Shown: in pieces, positions 19,838 through 28,800 of the stretch
Layout of the letters: every line of letters starts with the position of its first letter
How positions within the stretch are numbered: position 1 is the stretch's first letter
Source: Gemmatimonadota bacterium
GTDB taxonomy: Bacteria; Gemmatimonadota; Gemmatimonadetes; Gemmatimonadales; Gemmatimonadaceae
Assembly (NCBI GenBank): GCA_031372565.1
Contig: JANMLN010000165.1
Coordinates: 1-64,000, forward strand
Length of the DNA: 64,000 nt
Reading direction: 5' to 3'
Notes under the pieces: model-generated
What the model was told of the DNA's origin: nothing
The model's input: the letters and a program-made list of their open reading frames with translations, nothing else
Databases searched by the model: none
Translations under genes and position numbers: made by a program

Positions 19838-20725
19838 TCACACCGATCGCGGCATGACCGTGTACTCCGCCATCCAGACACGCTTGCTCTGCCGGATGGT
19901 TGCCTGCTTGAGCAGGCCGGCGGTCACGAGCATTTCGTGCGCCGGCTGGAGGACGCGCGTGAGGTGCGAGGGATACCGCTGCGTGAGAGGAAGCAAGGCG
20001 GCGAGCTTGTCGAGCGGCAGCCGCCAGTGCGCCTCCCCCTGCTCGCGCACCAGCTCGAGCAGCCGATAGAGCCGCCGAGCGACCGGAGACGGCAGCGACT
20101 TGTAGGTCTGGATGTTGAGCGTGACGTGATGTCCGGCGGCGATGTTGCTGCGCATCATCGGGCCGATCGTGACGCGCGCATCGCCGGGCTCACCCGCCGG
20201 GAGCGCGGGAAAAAGCGAGAACTGGTCCCGGTCGCCCGCGCGGCGCCGATCGATGACGATCGACGTGAGAATCGAGAAGCGGCCATCGAGCATGGTGGCA
20301 TTGGCGGCGTCGAAGTACGTCTGCTGCGATTCGAGACTCGTGCGTTCGAGCCGCGCCAGCGCGGATCGCAGCAACTCGTAGGTGCGACCGTCCGCGCGGC
20401 GGCCCATCGAGCGCAGGAAGTCGTGCAGCGTGAAGTGCACGACGCCGTCGTCGGGCGAGCCCGCGTCGTGCCATCGGTGCATCAACTCGACATAGACGTC
20501 CTGATCGAACGTGCCCGGCAACCGGTCGCCCGGGGCGGGCAGGACGCGCCAGCGTGCGCCGTCGCCGTCCTCCCACACGATCGCGCCCTCTTCGGCAGAA
20601 TCACTCAGCCGGAAGAGCGGGAGCGCCTCGAGCGCTCGATCGAGGCGAATGGTGCGGATCAGGGCGCGGCGGCGCTCGGCGAGCGTCACCTGCGCGGCCT
20701 CTGGCGGCCACCGGGACGACCGCAC
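19838..20725 (-). CDS. Replication-initiator-like protein (plasmid RepA/TrfA-type tandem winged helix)
   Basis: PLF.LS, LPG.FD.DVY..L, G..Y..L...L.RL....L, Y..L.SP.ARRLY.LL, L.PAH..L...G.L resemble plasmid Rep families; start GTG 20725 or 20689. Confidence 0.65.
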   Translation of the reverse strand: MRSSRWPPEAAQVTLAERRRALIRTIRLDRALEALPLFRLSDSAEEGAIVWEDGDGARWRVLPAPGDRLPGTFDQDVYVELMHRWHDAGSPDDGVVHFTLHDFLRSMGRRADGRTYELLRSALARLERTSLESQQTYFDAANATMLDGRFSILTSIVIDRRRAGDRDQFSLFPALPAGEPGDARVTIGPMMRSNIAAGHHVTLNIQTYKSLPSPVARRLYRLLELVREQGEAHWRLPLDKLAALLPLTQRYPSHLTRVLQPAHEMLVTAGLLKQATIRQSKRVWMAEYTVMPRSV

Positions 20726-20729
20726 GCCG

Positions 20730-21422
20730 TCATCCGAGCTTCACCACCTGGCCCGTCACGGCATGCGCGGCGTCGCTCGTGAGCCATGCCACCGTGGCGG
20801 CCACCTCCTCGCGCTCCACGTACGCGAACGCGCTGCCCATGCTCGACTCGTTGGCCGCCGTGCGAATGGCCGTGGGCGCGATGGCGTTCGCGCGCACGCC
20901 GAACTCGCGTTCCTCCTGTGCCACGGCGCGCATGAATGCGAGCAGCGCCGCCTTGGAGGCCGCATAGCCGCTCATGTGCTTCGTCGAACCGCCCTCGAGT
21001 ACGGCGGCGGCGCCGAAGTAGACGATCGCACCGCGACCGGCGCGAAGCGCGGGCAAGAACGCCTGCGTGGCCACGAAGGCCGTGTCGAGCGAGATCGCCA
21101 GTTGGCGATGCATGACGGTGATGTCTGCGTCGATCACGGGTCCGCTCATCGCGAAGCCGCCGGCCATGTGGATGAGCGCGCGCACCGGACCGCCCACGGC
21201 GGCCGCGACCGCGCGAATGGCGGCCCCATCGGTGAGGTCGGCGACATGCGCGTGCACCGTGGCGCCATCGACGGCGAGCTCACGTGCCCGGTCGGCGACG
21301 CCCGGATCGCGATCGATGACGTGCAGCACCGATCCCGTCGTTGCGAAGCGGCGTGCGACCGCTTCCCCCACCTGACCCGGCCGGCCGACGCCGGTGAGCA
21401 CCACCGCGTGAGTGTCGGTCAC
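20730..21422 (-). CDS. SDR family oxidoreductase
   Basis: TGVGRPGQVG, ADLTD, AGGF, YAASK (YxxxK), VRANAIAP, VTGQ; GTG overlaps the MerR stop (GTGA). Confidence 0.9.
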   Translation of the reverse strand: MTDTHAVVLTGVGRPGQVGEAVARRFATTGSVLHVIDRDPGVADRARELAVDGATVHAHVADLTDGAAIRAVAAAVGGPVRALIHMAGGFAMSGPVIDADITVMHRQLAISLDTAFVATQAFLPALRAGRGAIVYFGAAAVLEGGSTKHMSGYAASKAALLAFMRAVAQEEREFGVRANAIAPTAIRTAANESSMGSAFAYVEREEVAATVAWLTSDAAHAVTGQVVKLG

Positions 21423-21967
21423 GGCGCGCGGTTGAGCTGCCCGAGGGCGGCGCGCACGGCGTCGCGGACCGCCGCCAGCACGTCGTCGCTCGCAGCGGGC
21501 GAGTCGGTGCGCACGTGCAGCTCGATGCCATCCGCCACCTGTGCGCGTCGCCACGGAGCCCCGAGGACGCCTTGATCGGTCACGGCCGGCAGTGGCGTGG
21601 CCCCAAGGACCGGGGCGAGCGCGGTCGCCACGCGCCGCTCGATCGCATCGCCCGTGGTGGCTTCCATTTCCTTCTTGATCGTGTCCAGCGTCTGTCCCTC
21701 ACGCTGGCGGATCTTGATGGCGAGCAACTGGATGAGATGCTTGTAGCCGTAGGTGGCGGCGGTGCCCGCGCCTTCCGGCCGATCCAGCAATCCGATGGAG
21801 ACGTAGAAGCGCACGGCGCGCATGCTCGGCACGGCGCGCGCCACGGCGTTGGTGGGGCGCACGCCGGCGGCGTCGGCGAGCCCGGAGGCATACGCGGCAA
21901 GGCCACGCGCATTCCACGGCGCCTGCTTGGCGTGGGCTCGCAGCAGGGTGACGGGGTTCTCGGCCAT
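21419..21967 (-). CDS. MerR-family HTH transcriptional regulator
   Basis: PSMRAVRFYVSIGLLDRP......Y...HL..L..IK..Q..G..L..IK. Confidence 0.8.
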   Translation of the reverse strand: MAENPVTLLRAHAKQAPWNARGLAAYASGLADAAGVRPTNAVARAVPSMRAVRFYVSIGLLDRPEGAGTAATYGYKHLIQLLAIKIRQREGQTLDTIKKEMEATTGDAIERRVATALAPVLGATPLPAVTDQGVLGAPWRRAQVADGIELHVRTDSPAASDDVLAAVRDAVRAALGQLNRAP

Positions 21968-22051
21968 GGGCGAAGCTAACGCGAGAATCGGACGCGCGCA
22001 GCATCGCGCCAGTAGCGGTGGTGCCCAGGTACGGGCACCGCCGTTGCTGCA

Positions 22052-22495
22052 TCAGCTGGTCGTCGTGACGGGCTTGGGCTCGATGGAGGTCACGACCCCG
22101 GCCTGCCGCGCGACCGTGGCGATCGTCGCGAGGTCCACGGGCTTCCCGAGGAAGTGCGTGGCCCCAAGGCGGATCGAGGCGTGGCGGTTGTCGTCGTCGG
22201 GGAACGCGGTGAGCACGATGACCACCGCGTCCGGCGAGAGCAGGCCCGCCGCCGCCATGACCTGGAGTCCGCCGTCACGGCGGGCGCCAAGCCGGATGTC
22301 GGTGACGATGAGGTCAAAGGGTTCGCGGGTGAGGAAGCCCTTGGCCTCTTCGAGCGTCGCGGCCGTGGAGAGGCGCGAGGTGGGCGTGTCGAACAGCTCG
22401 GCCAACGTGTCGCGAATGCCCTGCTCGTCCTCAACGATCAGGACATTCTTCTTGCTGCTGACATCGTCGGTCACGGCGTATTTGGAAGGAGACAT
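22052..22495 (-). CDS. Single-domain response regulator (REC)
   Basis: VLIVEDE, DLIVTDIRL, DGGL, LTA, FLGKP; start ATG 22495 or GTG 22474. Confidence 0.88.
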   Translation of the reverse strand: MSPSKYAVTDDVSSKKNVLIVEDEQGIRDTLAELFDTPTSRLSTAATLEEAKGFLTREPFDLIVTDIRLGARRDGGLQVMAAAGLLSPDAVVIVLTAFPDDDNRHASIRLGATHFLGKPVDLATIATVARQAGVVTSIEPKPVTTTS

Positions 22496-22506
22496 GCCCT
22501 TCACAA

Positions 22507-22522
22507 TGCGAGAATCGTGCCC
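22507..22522 (-). promoter_or_regulatory. Sigma-54 (-24/-12) promoter
   Basis: Minus strand GGGCACG-ATTC-TCGCA with exact GG-N10-GC spacing, preceded by an AT-rich tract and enhancer-like palindromes, next to a sigma-54 activator gene. Confidence 0.7.
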
Positions 22523-22596
22523 GCGCAAGAAATCATTGCAAGATATTTAATGATAACTACTTAGAGATAGAAGACGCGCGGAAGCGAGTCGAAGAA

Positions 22597-22659
22597 CGAC
22601 CTGTTTTCGGTCATGCGATGTTCAATGGTGACCGATTACCGGTCACCTATTTTCGATCA
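22597..22659. promoter_or_regulatory. Enhancer (UAS) boxes TGACCG-N5-CGGTCA
   Basis: Perfect GGTGACCG-ATTAC-CGGTCACC (22627-22647); imperfect CGACCT-GTTTT-CGGTCA (22597-22613) and TCACCT-ATTTT-CGATCA (22643-22659). Confidence 0.65.
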
Positions 22660-23991
22660 CTTCGGCGAGTGGTCGGGGGCGCGCGTCACGGTGATCCCCA
22701 AACGCTGAATCTTCTCTTGCAGGGTACTGCGCGCGATCCCGAGGGCACGGGCGGCGCGCACCTTGTTGCCCCCATGCGCGAGCAGTGCGGCATCGATCGC
22801 GGCGCGCTCGGCCTCCGCGAGCGTCACGGGGACGGGGTCGGCGCTGCGGCCGCTCTTGGGAGCGCCGCCGAGTCCCAGATGACTGGCACGAATCGGACGC
22901 CCTTCCGCGACGATCGCCGCACGCCAGAGCGCATTCTTGAGTTCGCGCACGTTGCCCGGCCAGGCGTACGCGACGAGTGCACGCACGGCCTCGTCGGTGA
23001 GCACGGCCTCGCGCGGGGCGAGGGCGGCGGCAAGCGCGGCGATCTCGTGTCGGCGTTCGCGTAGCGGCGGGAGCTCGATGGCAAGCACCTGGAGCCGGTA
23101 GCGCAGATCCGCGCGGAATCGCCCGGCCGAGACGGCAAGGTCGAGGGCGCTGTTGGTCGCCACGATCAGCCGCGCTTCGGAGCGGAGTTCGGTCACTCCC
23201 CCGACGCGGCGGAAGACACCGTCTTCGAGCACCCGCAGCAAGCGCGGCTGCACCTCGATCGGCAGTTCCGCCACTTCGTCGAGAAAGACCGTGCCGCGTC
23301 CCGCCACTTCGAGCAAGCCGCGCTTTGCGACGCGCGCATCGGTGAAGGCGCCCTTCTCATGCCCGAACAACTCGCTCTCGACCAACGCGCCCGCGAGCGA
23401 CGCCGCATTGATCGCCACGAAGGGTTGCGTCGCGCGCGGGCTCCGGTCGTGAATCCGCCGGGCCGCGTAGCCCTTGCCGGTCCCCGTCTCTCCGGAGAGC
23501 AGCACGGGCACCTCGTCGTTGCGCGCCGCGAGCGCCAGCAGGCGCTCGACACCGAGCATCTCGTCGGTGTCGACCGGGGGCGGCTCCTCGTGTCGGGCCC
23601 TGAGCACCGCCAGCTCGCGTCGCATGCGCGCGCCTTCGGCGGCCCGTTCGACGGCGGCGCGCAGCGTGAGGATGTCGACCGGCTTCTCCAGCACATCGAC
23701 GGCGCCCTGCTGCATCGCGCGCACGGCCGTTGGCACGTCGGCGTGTCCGGTGAGCACGACCACCGCGATCTCGGGGTCGTCCGCGCGCAGCGCATCCAGC
23801 AGTGTCAGCCCGGGAGCATCGGGGAGTCGCAAGTCGATGATGGCGACGTCGCAGGCGTGCTCGGCAGCCAGGCGCCGTCCTTCGCGCGCGGTCGCCGCGC
23901 CGCGCACGACCGCTCCCCCCATCGCGAAGAAGTCGACCAGCGTGTCGCGGACCGTTGCATCGTCGTCAACGACCACCACGGAGAGGGCCAT
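22657..23991 (-). CDS. Sigma-54-dependent response regulator (NtrC family: REC-AAA+-Fis HTH)
   Basis: VVVVDDD REC, GETGTGK Walker A, ESELFGHEKGAFTDA, FLDEV, FRADL.YRL, WPGNVREL, AARALGIARSTL. Confidence 0.95.
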   Translation of the reverse strand: MALSVVVVDDDATVRDTLVDFFAMGGAVVRGAATAREGRRLAAEHACDVAIIDLRLPDAPGLTLLDALRADDPEIAVVVLTGHADVPTAVRAMQQGAVDVLEKPVDILTLRAAVERAAEGARMRRELAVLRARHEEPPPVDTDEMLGVERLLALAARNDEVPVLLSGETGTGKGYAARRIHDRSPRATQPFVAINAASLAGALVESELFGHEKGAFTDARVAKRGLLEVAGRGTVFLDEVAELPIEVQPRLLRVLEDGVFRRVGGVTELRSEARLIVATNSALDLAVSAGRFRADLRYRLQVLAIELPPLRERRHEIAALAAALAPREAVLTDEAVRALVAYAWPGNVRELKNALWRAAIVAEGRPIRASHLGLGGAPKSGRSADPVPVTLAEAERAAIDAALLAHGGNKVRAARALGIARSTLQEKIQRLGITVTRAPDHSPK

Positions 23992-23997
23992 GCGCGA

Positions 23998-25488
23998 TCA
24001 GTCGAGCGCCGGCAGGGTGACGGTCATCGTCGTCCCTGCCTCCGGGGCGCTGTCGATCGAGATGGCACCGCGATGCTCGTCCATGATGCGCTGGCACAGG
24101 GCCAGACCGATCCCGGTTCCCCCGGTCTTGGTCGAGAAGAAGAGCTCGAAGACGCGGGCGAGGACCTCCTCCGGAATCGCGGGACCGCCATTGTGCAGTC
24201 GGCAGCGCCATCCCCCCGTCGGGTGTGGCCCACTCGTGAGCGTGATAGTGCTCCCGTCCGGCGCGGCGTCGCAGGCATTGACGAGGATGTTCACGCACAC
24301 CTGGCCGAACTGCTCCGCATCGAGCAGGCAGGTGATCGGCGGCGTGGCGCGCGTGCGCACGAGCGTCAGCCCCTTGGCCTCGAGCCGGCCGCGCTGCCCC
24401 TCGAACACCTCGTCCCATACCGCATCGGGATCGCCGGGCGCCATGACGGGCGCCTGCGGGCGTCCGTAATCCAGCAGCGACCCGACCATGCGATTGAGCC
24501 GGTCGACCTCGCGCAGGATCCGGCCCACGTTCTTCTCGACGACCGGATCCTCGCCCGTGCGAAAGCGCAACAACTGCGCGGCCGCCGAGATACCGAACAG
24601 CGGGTTCCGGAGTTCGTGCGCGATGCCGGTCGCCACTTCACCGATCGCTTCGAGGCGCCGCTTGTGTTCGACGCGCCGCACCAGCCACGCGCGCTCGATG
24701 GAGGCCGCGGTTTGCGCCGCCAACGTGTCGAGCACGCGCTCGGCCGCCTCGAGGCGGTGCGGCTGCTCTTCGCGTCGCATCGCGACCGTCATCGTGCCGA
24801 CCACGCCCTCGGCCGACGTCATGGGGGCGACGATGATCGTGCGGTCACCTTCGTGGGAGACGATGGCCCGGTCGTTCGCCAGGGCGCTGAGCCAGACGCT
24901 GCTCAACAGCTTCTCGACCGATTCGTCCGTCCCGCCGAAGCCTGCGCGAAACACCAGGCGCAGGCGCGAGCTCTCGGCGTCCGCGAGTGCGAGGGCGAAG
25001 GCCTCAGCGCGCGTGGCTCGGCGCGCCTGCTGTCCGACCTCGATGTAGACGCGGTCCAGGTCGAGCGTTCGCGAGAGCGCGATGCCGGTGTCGATCAGCG
25101 CCTCCCGCGACTGGTGGCTCGGCGTGATGTCCGTGGTCGAAAAGACGTACCCGGTCAGCGTGTCCTCGTCGCGCAGCGCGGAGATCTGCATGAGGAAGAC
25201 GCGCTCCTCGTCCGGCGACGAGCAGGGAAACTCCCAGCGCGCATGCGCCTGCCGGCCGGTCCGGATCGCCTCCATCGCGTTCTCGACCTGTGCTTTGGCA
25301 CCGCGATCGGGCAGCGCATCCCAGACGGACAGGCCGCGCACGGAGGCCTCGGGTGCCAAGGTGGGCGCGCCATTGCCGGACGCGAACTCTCCCCACGAGC
25401 GATTGACGTGGGTGATGCGCCCCTCGAGATCCACGGCGTAGATCGTGAACGGGAGCGCGTCCAGGATCCGCCGCTCAACGACGGTCAT
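23998..25488 (-). CDS. PAS/GAF sensor histidine kinase
   Basis: PAS (ILDALP..IYAVD.EG.I...N), AHELRNPL H-box, NILVNACDA, FELFFSTK.GGTGIGL; directly upstream of the activator gene. Confidence 0.93.
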   Translation of the reverse strand: MTVVERRILDALPFTIYAVDLEGRITHVNRSWGEFASGNGAPTLAPEASVRGLSVWDALPDRGAKAQVENAMEAIRTGRQAHARWEFPCSSPDEERVFLMQISALRDEDTLTGYVFSTTDITPSHQSREALIDTGIALSRTLDLDRVYIEVGQQARRATRAEAFALALADAESSRLRLVFRAGFGGTDESVEKLLSSVWLSALANDRAIVSHEGDRTIIVAPMTSAEGVVGTMTVAMRREEQPHRLEAAERVLDTLAAQTAASIERAWLVRRVEHKRRLEAIGEVATGIAHELRNPLFGISAAAQLLRFRTGEDPVVEKNVGRILREVDRLNRMVGSLLDYGRPQAPVMAPGDPDAVWDEVFEGQRGRLEAKGLTLVRTRATPPITCLLDAEQFGQVCVNILVNACDAAPDGSTITLTSGPHPTGGWRCRLHNGGPAIPEEVLARVFELFFSTKTGGTGIGLALCQRIMDEHRGAISIDSAPEAGTTMTVTLPALD

Positions 25489-25525
25489 GCGCGATAAAGT
25501 ACCACGCCGTTGGCGGATAAACGAA

Positions 25526-25554
25526 CGGCGGCCTTCCGGAACGGAAGGCCGCCG
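25526..25554 (-). terminator. Intrinsic terminator
   Basis: 13-bp perfect stem CGGCGGCCTTCCG / CGGAAGGCCGCCG followed by TTCGTTT on the minus strand, about 25 nt after the H1-like gene stop. Confidence 0.75.
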
Positions 25555-25579
25555 CACGCTGCGCACCTCGCGTGGCGTG

Positions 25580-26215
25580 CTACTTCTTCTTCTTGCCCGC
25601 CTTCTTGGCCTTGGCCGGCGCCTTCTTGACCGGCTTCTTCACGGCCTTCTTGGCCGTCGGCTTCGGGGCCTTCTTGACGGCCTTCTTCGGGGCAGCCTTG
25701 GCCTTCTTCTTCGGGGCAGCCTTGACCGGCTTGGCCACCTTCTTCTTGGCGGCCGGCTTCGCAGCGGCCTTCAGTGGCTTCGCGGGCGCCTTGATCGGCT
25801 TGGCCGCTGGCTTGGCGGGTGCCTTGGCCGCAGGTGCCTTCGCGGCGGGCGCGGCCTTCGGAGCCGCTGCGGCCTTGGGGGCAGGAGCAGCCTTCGGAGC
25901 CGCCGCCTTCGCGTCACCGGCAGCGGCCACGGTCTTCGGGAGGCGCGCCTTCGGCATAGGGGCGGTGCCGAACACCATCTCCTCTTCCTCTTCTTCGACG
26001 ACAACCGGACGCTCGGTCCCCTCGTCGTCGTCGTCGTCGGCGTCGTCAGTCGAATCCCAGAGGTCGTCGGAGCGGTCCTTGGTCAGGGCCCAGCCGCCGT
26101 CCTCCTCGTCCTCTTCGTCGTACGAGGGGCCGCCGCCGTAGCCACCGACTTCGTCGCCCTCATCATCACGTTCAGAGAGCCGCAGCTCCTTCTCGAGCTC
26201 ATCACCGCGGGGCAT
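25580..26215 (-). CDS. Histone H1-like protein with acidic N-terminus and Lys/Ala/Pro-rich C-terminus
   Basis: GGGAGG SD before ATG 26215; D/E runs, then (A)KAAP/PAKK repeats; own terminator. Confidence 0.8.
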   Translation of the reverse strand: MPRGDELEKELRLSERDDEGDEVGGYGGGPSYDEEDEEDGGWALTKDRSDDLWDSTDDADDDDDEGTERPVVVEEEEEEMVFGTAPMPKARLPKTVAAAGDAKAAAPKAAPAPKAAAAPKAAPAAKAPAAKAPAKPAAKPIKAPAKPLKAAAKPAAKKKVAKPVKAAPKKKAKAAPKKAVKKAPKPTAKKAVKKPVKKAPAKAKKAGKKKK

Positions 26216-26441
26216 TTCGCCTCCCAAAGTGGTTGGGTGTCGCAAGAAAAACGGAAACGAACCAGCCGTGCGCGGAACCGCCGACCCTCGGCCAACAGGC
26301 GGGACCCGAAGAACCGACGCGCGCGTTCGACCGAACGATGTATATCGACGAGAGCACAGGGTCAAGCGGTAACCCCATCAATGGGGTCTTTCGGGGTCCG
26401 GAAACTCGCACCTCCCTCCGGTCGTACAACCGTCCAGAACC

Positions 26442-28778
26442 ATGCTGACAACACTCATTGCGGCCCTCGTCTCCGCCACACTGTCCGCCGACTCGCCCGG
26501 CGGCGGCTGCTGCCAACCCGAGAGCCGCGCGGCCTTTTCCCCCGCCGCGGAGCGTGGCGATTCGGCCAGTTTCTCCTCGTCCGCAGTGGCCGCCCTGATT
26601 CGGCGCGGTCAAGTCGCCAATCGGCGGGTCCCCCCCGCGCTGGATCGTTACACGGCCCAGATCGAGAGCGAGATCGGTTTGGTCCTGAACGCTCCCATGG
26701 GGTCGGCTGGCGCCGTTGCAGGCACGGCCGCCGCGAGCGCCGAACAGGCCGGGCAGATCGAGCAGGTCCAGAGTCGTGCGACCTGGCGCCGGACAGGCAC
26801 GTACGAACAGCGGATCATCGGGTACCGCGCGCAGATGCTCGGGCCGGCCGTCTCCGCGCTGACCTGGCTTCGCGCGACCTGGACCGCGCCCATCCTGTAC
26901 GGCAACCGGTTCTCGGTCTTCTTCGGTGCGAGCGGTCGGCGCGGTTTCATGGGTCGCGACACCGTTGCGCGTCGCGACACCGTTGCGCGTGATACAGCCG
27001 AGCCGCCGCGCGCCGCGGGGGACAGTGCCGCCGGCCGAACCGCGACCGACTCGAGCCGCCGACTCGCGGTGCATCCCTTCTCGGCAGACGGGCCGCGTTA
27101 CTACCGCTACAGCGGGGGCGACACCGCCGCCACCCTCATGCTGGGGCAGCGGCTCGTCACGGTGGTGCGCGTGGCGGTCGACCCGCTTCCCGATGCACCA
27201 ACCGATGCCCTCCTGTTTGGCGGCGAGATCTTCATCGACGCGGAGCGCGCGGAGTTGATTCGCATGCGCGGCCGTCTGTACAGTGAGCAGCAGGACCCCT
27301 CCACCAGCTCGTCGTTGGCGTTCCGGCTCGTGATGGCGGCCAGCCGCCTGCGCGGCGTCGCCTACATCGACTTCGAGAACGCCGAGGTGCTCGGCCGGTA
27401 CTGGCTGCCGCGCCGGCAGCGGCTCGAGTTCCAGGCCTTCACGGCCATGACGGAAACACGGCCGGTCATTCGCATCATCTCGCAATGGCGGGAGATGGAC
27501 GTGACGGAGCGGACGGTTGTCGAGCGCGATGCCGCCGATTCGCTGCGGGTGCAGCGCTACCAACTCACGAGTGCCAGCGCCGACAGTGTGCGCAGCTGGA
27601 CGGACTGGCGGGTGGCGCTTGGCGTGGAAACGCGCAACCACGGCGCGCGCGACTTCGACGATGTCGCCCCGCCCGATCTGCGTGGCGACGGTCCACCGCA
27701 GGTGGTGTTTCAGGCGCGCCGGTTTGCGGATCTGGTGCGCTTCAATCGCGTCGAGGGGTTGTACACGGGTGCTGCGGCGTCGCTCCAACTACGCGACGCG
27801 TTTCCCGGGCTCACCCTGCGCGGGATCGCGGGGTGGGCGTGGTCCGCCGGCGCGCCCAAAGGGGGGCTCGAGGGCGCGTACGTGCGCGGCCCGTGGGTGA
27901 CGAGCCTGCGCCTGGAGCGCTTTCTGGCCAGTACCAACGACTTTTCGCCGATGACGGGTGGCTCCGGTGCGATGGGCGGACTCTTCGGGCGCGATGACAT
28001 GGATTGGGTCGATCGTCGCGCCGCGCTGGTGGGGCTGACGCGCGAGCTTGGCTCGGCTCACACGGCGGCGGTGCGCGTCGAGGCCGGATGGAGCCAGGAT
28101 GCGGCCACGCCGCGCGTGGTCCGGCGCGGCCCGCTCGCGCGGGAGGAGTTCCGCGACAACCGTCCGATCGACGTCGGGAGTTACTGGCTGGCCAACGCCG
28201 TGCTCGAACTCGGGCGAAATGGCGGCGCAGCCTCGGTGCAGGGCGGCACGCGCACCACGCTCTCGTGGCAATCCGGCTTCGGTGCGCTCGCCTGGCACCG
28301 TGCGGCCGCCCGCGTCGAGCAACGGGCCTGGTTCGGTCCGCTGTTGCTGGTCAATCGTGCGGACGCGATCTGGGTGCTGGGCGACAAACCCCCGGTGCAG
28401 CAGTGGGTCGAGGCGGGCGGCGTTGAGGGACTCCCCGGCTACGACTACAAGGCGTTCACGGGGGACAAGGGCGTCATCGCGCGCTCGACGCTCGGTTGGC
28501 AGCTTCCCTTCTGGCAGGCGCCGCTCCGGCTCGGCAACCTCGTGCTGCCGGGAGTGGCGCCGATGCCCACGATCGGACTGTATGGCGGTCGGGTCGGTGC
28601 GAGCACCGCGACGCGCGCGCGGATGGCGACGTTCGGCTACGCCAGCTCCGAAGGGTGGCGTGCAACGCTGGATGCGCGGCTGCGCTTCTTTGGCGGCGCG
28701 GTCAGCCTCGGGGTGTCGCGGCCGATCGACCGACCGGAGCCGTGGCGGTTCCTCGTGGCCGTGGGCGGCGTGCTGTAG
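26442..28778 (+). CDS. Uncharacterised outer-membrane protein (DUF5686/BamA-surface-like)
   Basis: Signal peptide, HPF...YY.Y..GDT, YWLP, RFNRVEGLYTG, GG...L.GY..K.F.GD beta-barrel C-half; 18-bp tandem duplication at 26955-26990. Confidence 0.65.
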   Translation: MLTTLIAALVSATLSADSPGGGCCQPESRAAFSPAAERGDSASFSSSAVAALIRRGQVANRRVPPALDRYTAQIESEIGLVLNAPMGSAGAVAGTAAASAEQAGQIEQVQSRATWRRTGTYEQRIIGYRAQMLGPAVSALTWLRATWTAPILYGNRFSVFFGASGRRGFMGRDTVARRDTVARDTAEPPRAAGDSAAGRTATDSSRRLAVHPFSADGPRYYRYSGGDTAATLMLGQRLVTVVRVAVDPLPDAPTDALLFGGEIFIDAERAELIRMRGRLYSEQQDPSTSSSLAFRLVMAASRLRGVAYIDFENAEVLGRYWLPRRQRLEFQAFTAMTETRPVIRIISQWREMDVTERTVVERDAADSLRVQRYQLTSASADSVRSWTDWRVALGVETRNHGARDFDDVAPPDLRGDGPPQVVFQARRFADLVRFNRVEGLYTGAAASLQLRDAFPGLTLRGIAGWAWSAGAPKGGLEGAYVRGPWVTSLRLERFLASTNDFSPMTGGSGAMGGLFGRDDMDWVDRRAALVGLTRELGSAHTAAVRVEAGWSQDAATPRVVRRGPLAREEFRDNRPIDVGSYWLANAVLELGRNGGAASVQGGTRTTLSWQSGFGALAWHRAAARVEQRAWFGPLLLVNRADAIWVLGDKPPVQQWVEAGGVEGLPGYDYKAFTGDKGVIARSTLGWQLPFWQAPLRLGNLVLPGVAPMPTIGLYGGRVGASTATRARMATFGYASSEGWRATLDARLRFFGGAVSLGVSRPIDRPEPWRFLVAVGGVL

Positions 28779-28800
28779 CCACCAACGGCGGGTGGGGGCG

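Noticed and set aside
19838..20725. Integrated plasmid around the Rep-like gene
   Set aside because: No iterons, partition, mobilisation or integrase genes and no composition shift; the flanks are housekeeping-like.
18179..20782. 867-aa plus-strand ORF, and similar long ORFs at 7192-9207, 23359-25497, 35827-38142 and 38183-39964
   Set aside because: Mirror frames of well-supported genes, expected in high-GC DNA; no domain motifs.
25572..26141. Hydrophobic 189-aa plus-strand 'membrane protein'
   Set aside because: It is the reverse complement of the Lys/Ala-rich repeats; the minus-strand gene has the SD and terminator.
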